Part shown: positions 36,628 through 38,741 of the stretch, one piece after another
How positions within the stretch are numbered: position 1 is the first letter of the stretch
Layout of the letters: each line of letters starts with the position of its first letter
Origin: Sphingomonadaceae bacterium
Lineage (GTDB): Bacteria > Chloroflexota > UBA6077
Direction: 5' to 3'
NCBI GenBank assembly: GCA_050261575.1
Contig: JBLNDL010000025.1
Span: forward strand, 79,115-117,855
DNA length: 38,741 nucleotides
Translations under genes and position numbers: made by a program
Notes under the pieces: generated by a model
Databases searched by the model: none
Seen by the model: only the letters and a program-made list of their open reading frames with translations
Told to the model about the DNA's origin: nothing

Positions 36628-38013
36628 CTATCTCGCCTTCCCCGGCACCACCCTGACCTTCCGGGGCGCCACGAGCCACATGGCGACGATGCTCAGCATG
36701 CTGCTGCCGGCCGCGCAGCCAAAGGCGAAAAGGTAGCTCCCCGTTGCATCGAAGATGTAGCCCGCGAACCAGGCCCCGATCGCGCTGCCGACCCCGTTGG
36801 CCGCACCGAGCGTACCGTAGATGGAGCCGAAGCGACGGCCCGAGAAGAGATCCGCCCCAACGGCGGGGCCGATGGGGGTGGCAACCCCGTAAGCCAGTGC
36901 GAAGGTCAGGGCGAAAACGTAGAGCAACGGGCCAAAGGTGACCATTTGCGTCCCGATGAGTGCACTCACGGCCACCAGCATGTTGCTCAATCCCAGCGTG
37001 TAGGTCACCTCACGGCTCACCCGGTCTGACACCCACCCCCAGCCGATCTTCGAGCCGACGCTGAACAAACCCACCAGCCCCACCACGGAGGCCGCTAGCA
37101 GACTGTCGTAACCGCCATCCACCAGGAAAGCCACCTGGTGCACGAAGATCATCTGTGTGGCGATGTTGTTCAGCACCAGCATCGCGGCGAGCGACCAATA
37201 GCGACGGGTCCGCATCGCCGTGGACACCGTCCAGTCCCTGGCGGCCCACTCCCGGTCCACGATCCGCGAGCGGGGCGGGGGAGCTACACCGCCGTCTCCC
37301 TGCCCAGGCGCTTGAGGGGGCAGCTTTCGCCCATCCTTCGCCAGCCCGAGTTCCTCCGGCCGTCCCCTCAGCACGAGGAGGGCGACGGGAGTGACTCCCA
37401 CCAGGATCGTGGCAGCCAGTACCTGATAGGCGACCCGCCAGCCAAACCAGTTGATCACCAGTTGGGTAATGGGCACCATCACCAGAATGCCGATGCCGAT
37501 CCCAGCGGATGCGATCCCGATCGCCATCCCCAGACGGCGCGAGAACCAGTTGCTCACCGTGGCCACGCACGGGATCCAGCCAGCAGAGCTTAACCCGATG
37601 GCACACAGCACACCGAACACCAGGTAGAACTGCCACAACTCCGTGATCTGGCTGCACGCCACCAGCCCCAAGGCCAGGGTGACAGTGCCGAAAGCGACTA
37701 CCCTGCTGGGCCCGAACCGGTCGCACAGGGCTCCCGCAGCCGCCCCCGCGATACCGACTGCCACGACGAAGAGGGAAAACACGCCCGCGGAGGCCGCGCG
37801 GCTCCAGCCGAACTCCTGCAGCAGGGCCACGTAGAACACAGAGAACGAGTACCACACGGTATAGGTGAGCCCCAGGGCCACGAACGAGGCTCCAACGATG
37901 AACCACCCGTAGAAGAAGGGGAGCCTGGTTCGCCAGTCCCGTCGGCGTCTCGTAGAGGTGGCGGACGAATCTGCATTAGGTTCCGGTGGATGCGAAGTCG
38001 AAGGTAAACCCGT
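36628..38013 (-). CDS. MFS transporter (OFA/MCT-like); 5' end uncertain
   Basis: LQEFGWSRA, LCDRFGPSR, WFSRRLGMAIG, GWVSDRVSR. Frame stays open upstream of GTG 37881 through PFFYGWFIV; start tentatively ACG 38013. Confidence 0.85.
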   Translation of the reverse strand, partial: TGLPSTSHPPEPNADSSATSTRRRRDWRTRLPFFYGWFIVGASFVALGLTYTVWYSFSVFYVALLQEFGWSRAASAGVFSLFVVAVGIAGAAAGALCDRFGPSRVVAFGTVTLALGLVACSQITELWQFYLVFGVLCAIGLSSAGWIPCVATVSNWFSRRLGMAIGIASAGIGIGILVMVPITQLVINWFGWRVAYQVLAATILVGVTPVALLVLRGRPEELGLAKDGRKLPPQAPGQGDGGVAPPPRSRIVDREWAARDWTVSTAMRTRRYWSLAAMLVLNNIATQMIFVHQVAFLVDGGYDSLLAASVVGLVGLFSVGSKIGWGWVSDRVSREVTYTLGLSNMLVAVSALIGTQMVTFGPLLYVFALTFALAYGVATPIGPAVGADLFSGRRFGSIYGTLGAANGVGSAIGAWFAGYIFDATGSYLFAFGCAAGSSMLSIVAMWLVAPRKVRVVPGKAR

Positions 38014-38146
38014 GGTACCGGCCCTCCTGTCACTCCCAATCGCCCCGACCCTCGTGCAGTCGCCATCAGGAGATGCCGGTCATACTGAGAGGATCGTGCC
38101 CGCTTTCGTGCGCCGTGCCACACTAGGCCACGGGCGCGCTGATCGC

Positions 38147-38176
38147 ATTATAGCCTTCCCCATCCAGGCCGGTCCA
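38147..38176 (-). promoter_or_regulatory. Sigma70-type promoter for MFS-ribD-C
   Basis: TGGACC-18 bp-TATAAT on the minus strand. Confidence 0.55.
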
Positions 38177-38375
38177 CAACGGGCTCGTCGCCGAGCGCGG
38201 AGCAGGCTCCCGGAAGGGTGCGCGGTTTCGGCGCGTGGGGGCGAAGCATCCGCGGCATGGCGCGTAACCTGAAACAGCGAGCCGGAGCGGAGACACAGGC
38301 ATGCCGATGCTCCACCGCTGCATCGCGGGAGGTGGCGGTTCCCCCTTCCCGCAACCAACCCGAGAGGTAACCACC

Positions 38376-38404
38376 TTTACACGGCCGTGGCTGCGGACTA
38401 TAAT
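38376..38404 (+). promoter_or_regulatory. Sigma70-type promoter of the T-box leader
   Basis: TTTACA-17 bp-TATAAT. Confidence 0.8.
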
Positions 38405-38444
38405 CGCTTAACCTGCTGAATCGGAACCCCACAACAGTATAAGC

Positions 38445-38720
38445 AAAGGCTACGATGAGGACGAGTAGCCGGTTCTGAAAGCTCCAGAGAGCCGCGTTGC
38501 TGAGAGGCGGTGCCGGAGGGCCGGTGAAAATGACCTCGGAGCCGCAGGCTGAACGGGACCATCGGGGTCCTCAGTAGGCCGAGCCGGTGTCTCCTCGGAG
38601 ACATCAGCCCCCGTTATCAGGGCTGGAGTATCGGATCGAGCCACGACTCGATCCCGTACTCGCGGAGGTGGGCCCCCCCGGGGGGGCCCCCCGCAGGGGG
38701 GGTGCGCGAGCCGCGGGGCG
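38445..38720 (+). ncRNA. T-box riboswitch leader, probable Met (AUG) specifier; 3' part unreliable
   Basis: Stem I with GAGG/CCTC, AGTA...GAA loop-E, AGAGA bulge, GCTGAGA apical loop, GAA-A-ATG-A specifier (38530-38532); stem II GAA/AGTA; CCGTTA of stem IIA/B. Confidence 0.88.
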
Positions 38721-38741
38721 CGGCCCCCCCGGGGCGGGGGG

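Noticed and set aside
8762..37953. ACGAGACGC as a shared regulatory motif at 8762, 32786, 34370 and 37945
   Set aside because: Near-identical 8-mers also occur inside coding sequence (about 4931, 11216, 24565), so enrichment cannot be shown by eye.
108..38644. Many long alternative-frame and antisense ORFs (e.g. 2415-3806+, 10414-11823+, 22036-23196+, 23959-25155+, 33481-34671+)
   Set aside because: They overlap well-supported genes, are Arg/Pro/Gly-rich and show no motifs; typical high-GC shadow ORFs.
38671..38741. G/C homopolymer runs as a G-quadruplex or repeat element
   Set aside because: At the extreme end and replacing the expected T-box consensus; a sequencing or assembly artefact is more likely.
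1..38741. CRISPR array, prophage or IS element
   Set aside because: No regularly spaced repeats, phage structural genes or transposase motifs were seen.

Overview
High-GC bacterial chromosomal window. Gene content and style suggest Chloroflexota, which is an inference. No CRISPR array, rRNA, prophage or transposase is visible. Left to right: (i) a minus-strand run of membrane protein, SAM methyltransferase, DUF2229-type and BadF/BadG-type CoA-activase pair, RmlC-like cupin, D-2-hydroxyacid dehydrogenase, murI and partial pyrF; (ii) tRNA-Gly(CCC); (iii) a 3D-domain gene divergent from dedA; (iv) a coupled two-gene module encoding an 81-aa protein ending PRVAGG and a membrane-anchored single-Cys partner; (v) a ~10 kb catabolic cluster (TctBAC, double MaoC, atypical crotonase, class III CoA-transferase, DhaK/DhaL) headed by an XRE-HTH/MmyB-like regulator fused to a TctC-like domain; (vi) HD hydrolase, MFS exporter, DUF2795-like protein, HEXXH peptidase-like protein and two-component genes; (vii) BON-nfo-GDPD, a MASE3-like kinase, two hypotheticals, a divergent pyruvate kinase, a RibD-C reductase and an MFS; (viii) a T-box leader with a probable Met specifier, cut off by a low-quality G/C-rich end. 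Best candidates for something new: the ubiquitin-like/partner module under a sigma54-type promoter (similar motifs precede several other small genes), the HTH-TctC fusion regulator with a candidate operator, and two genes whose best-supported start codon is ACG. All calls come from motif reading by eye; no searches were run.
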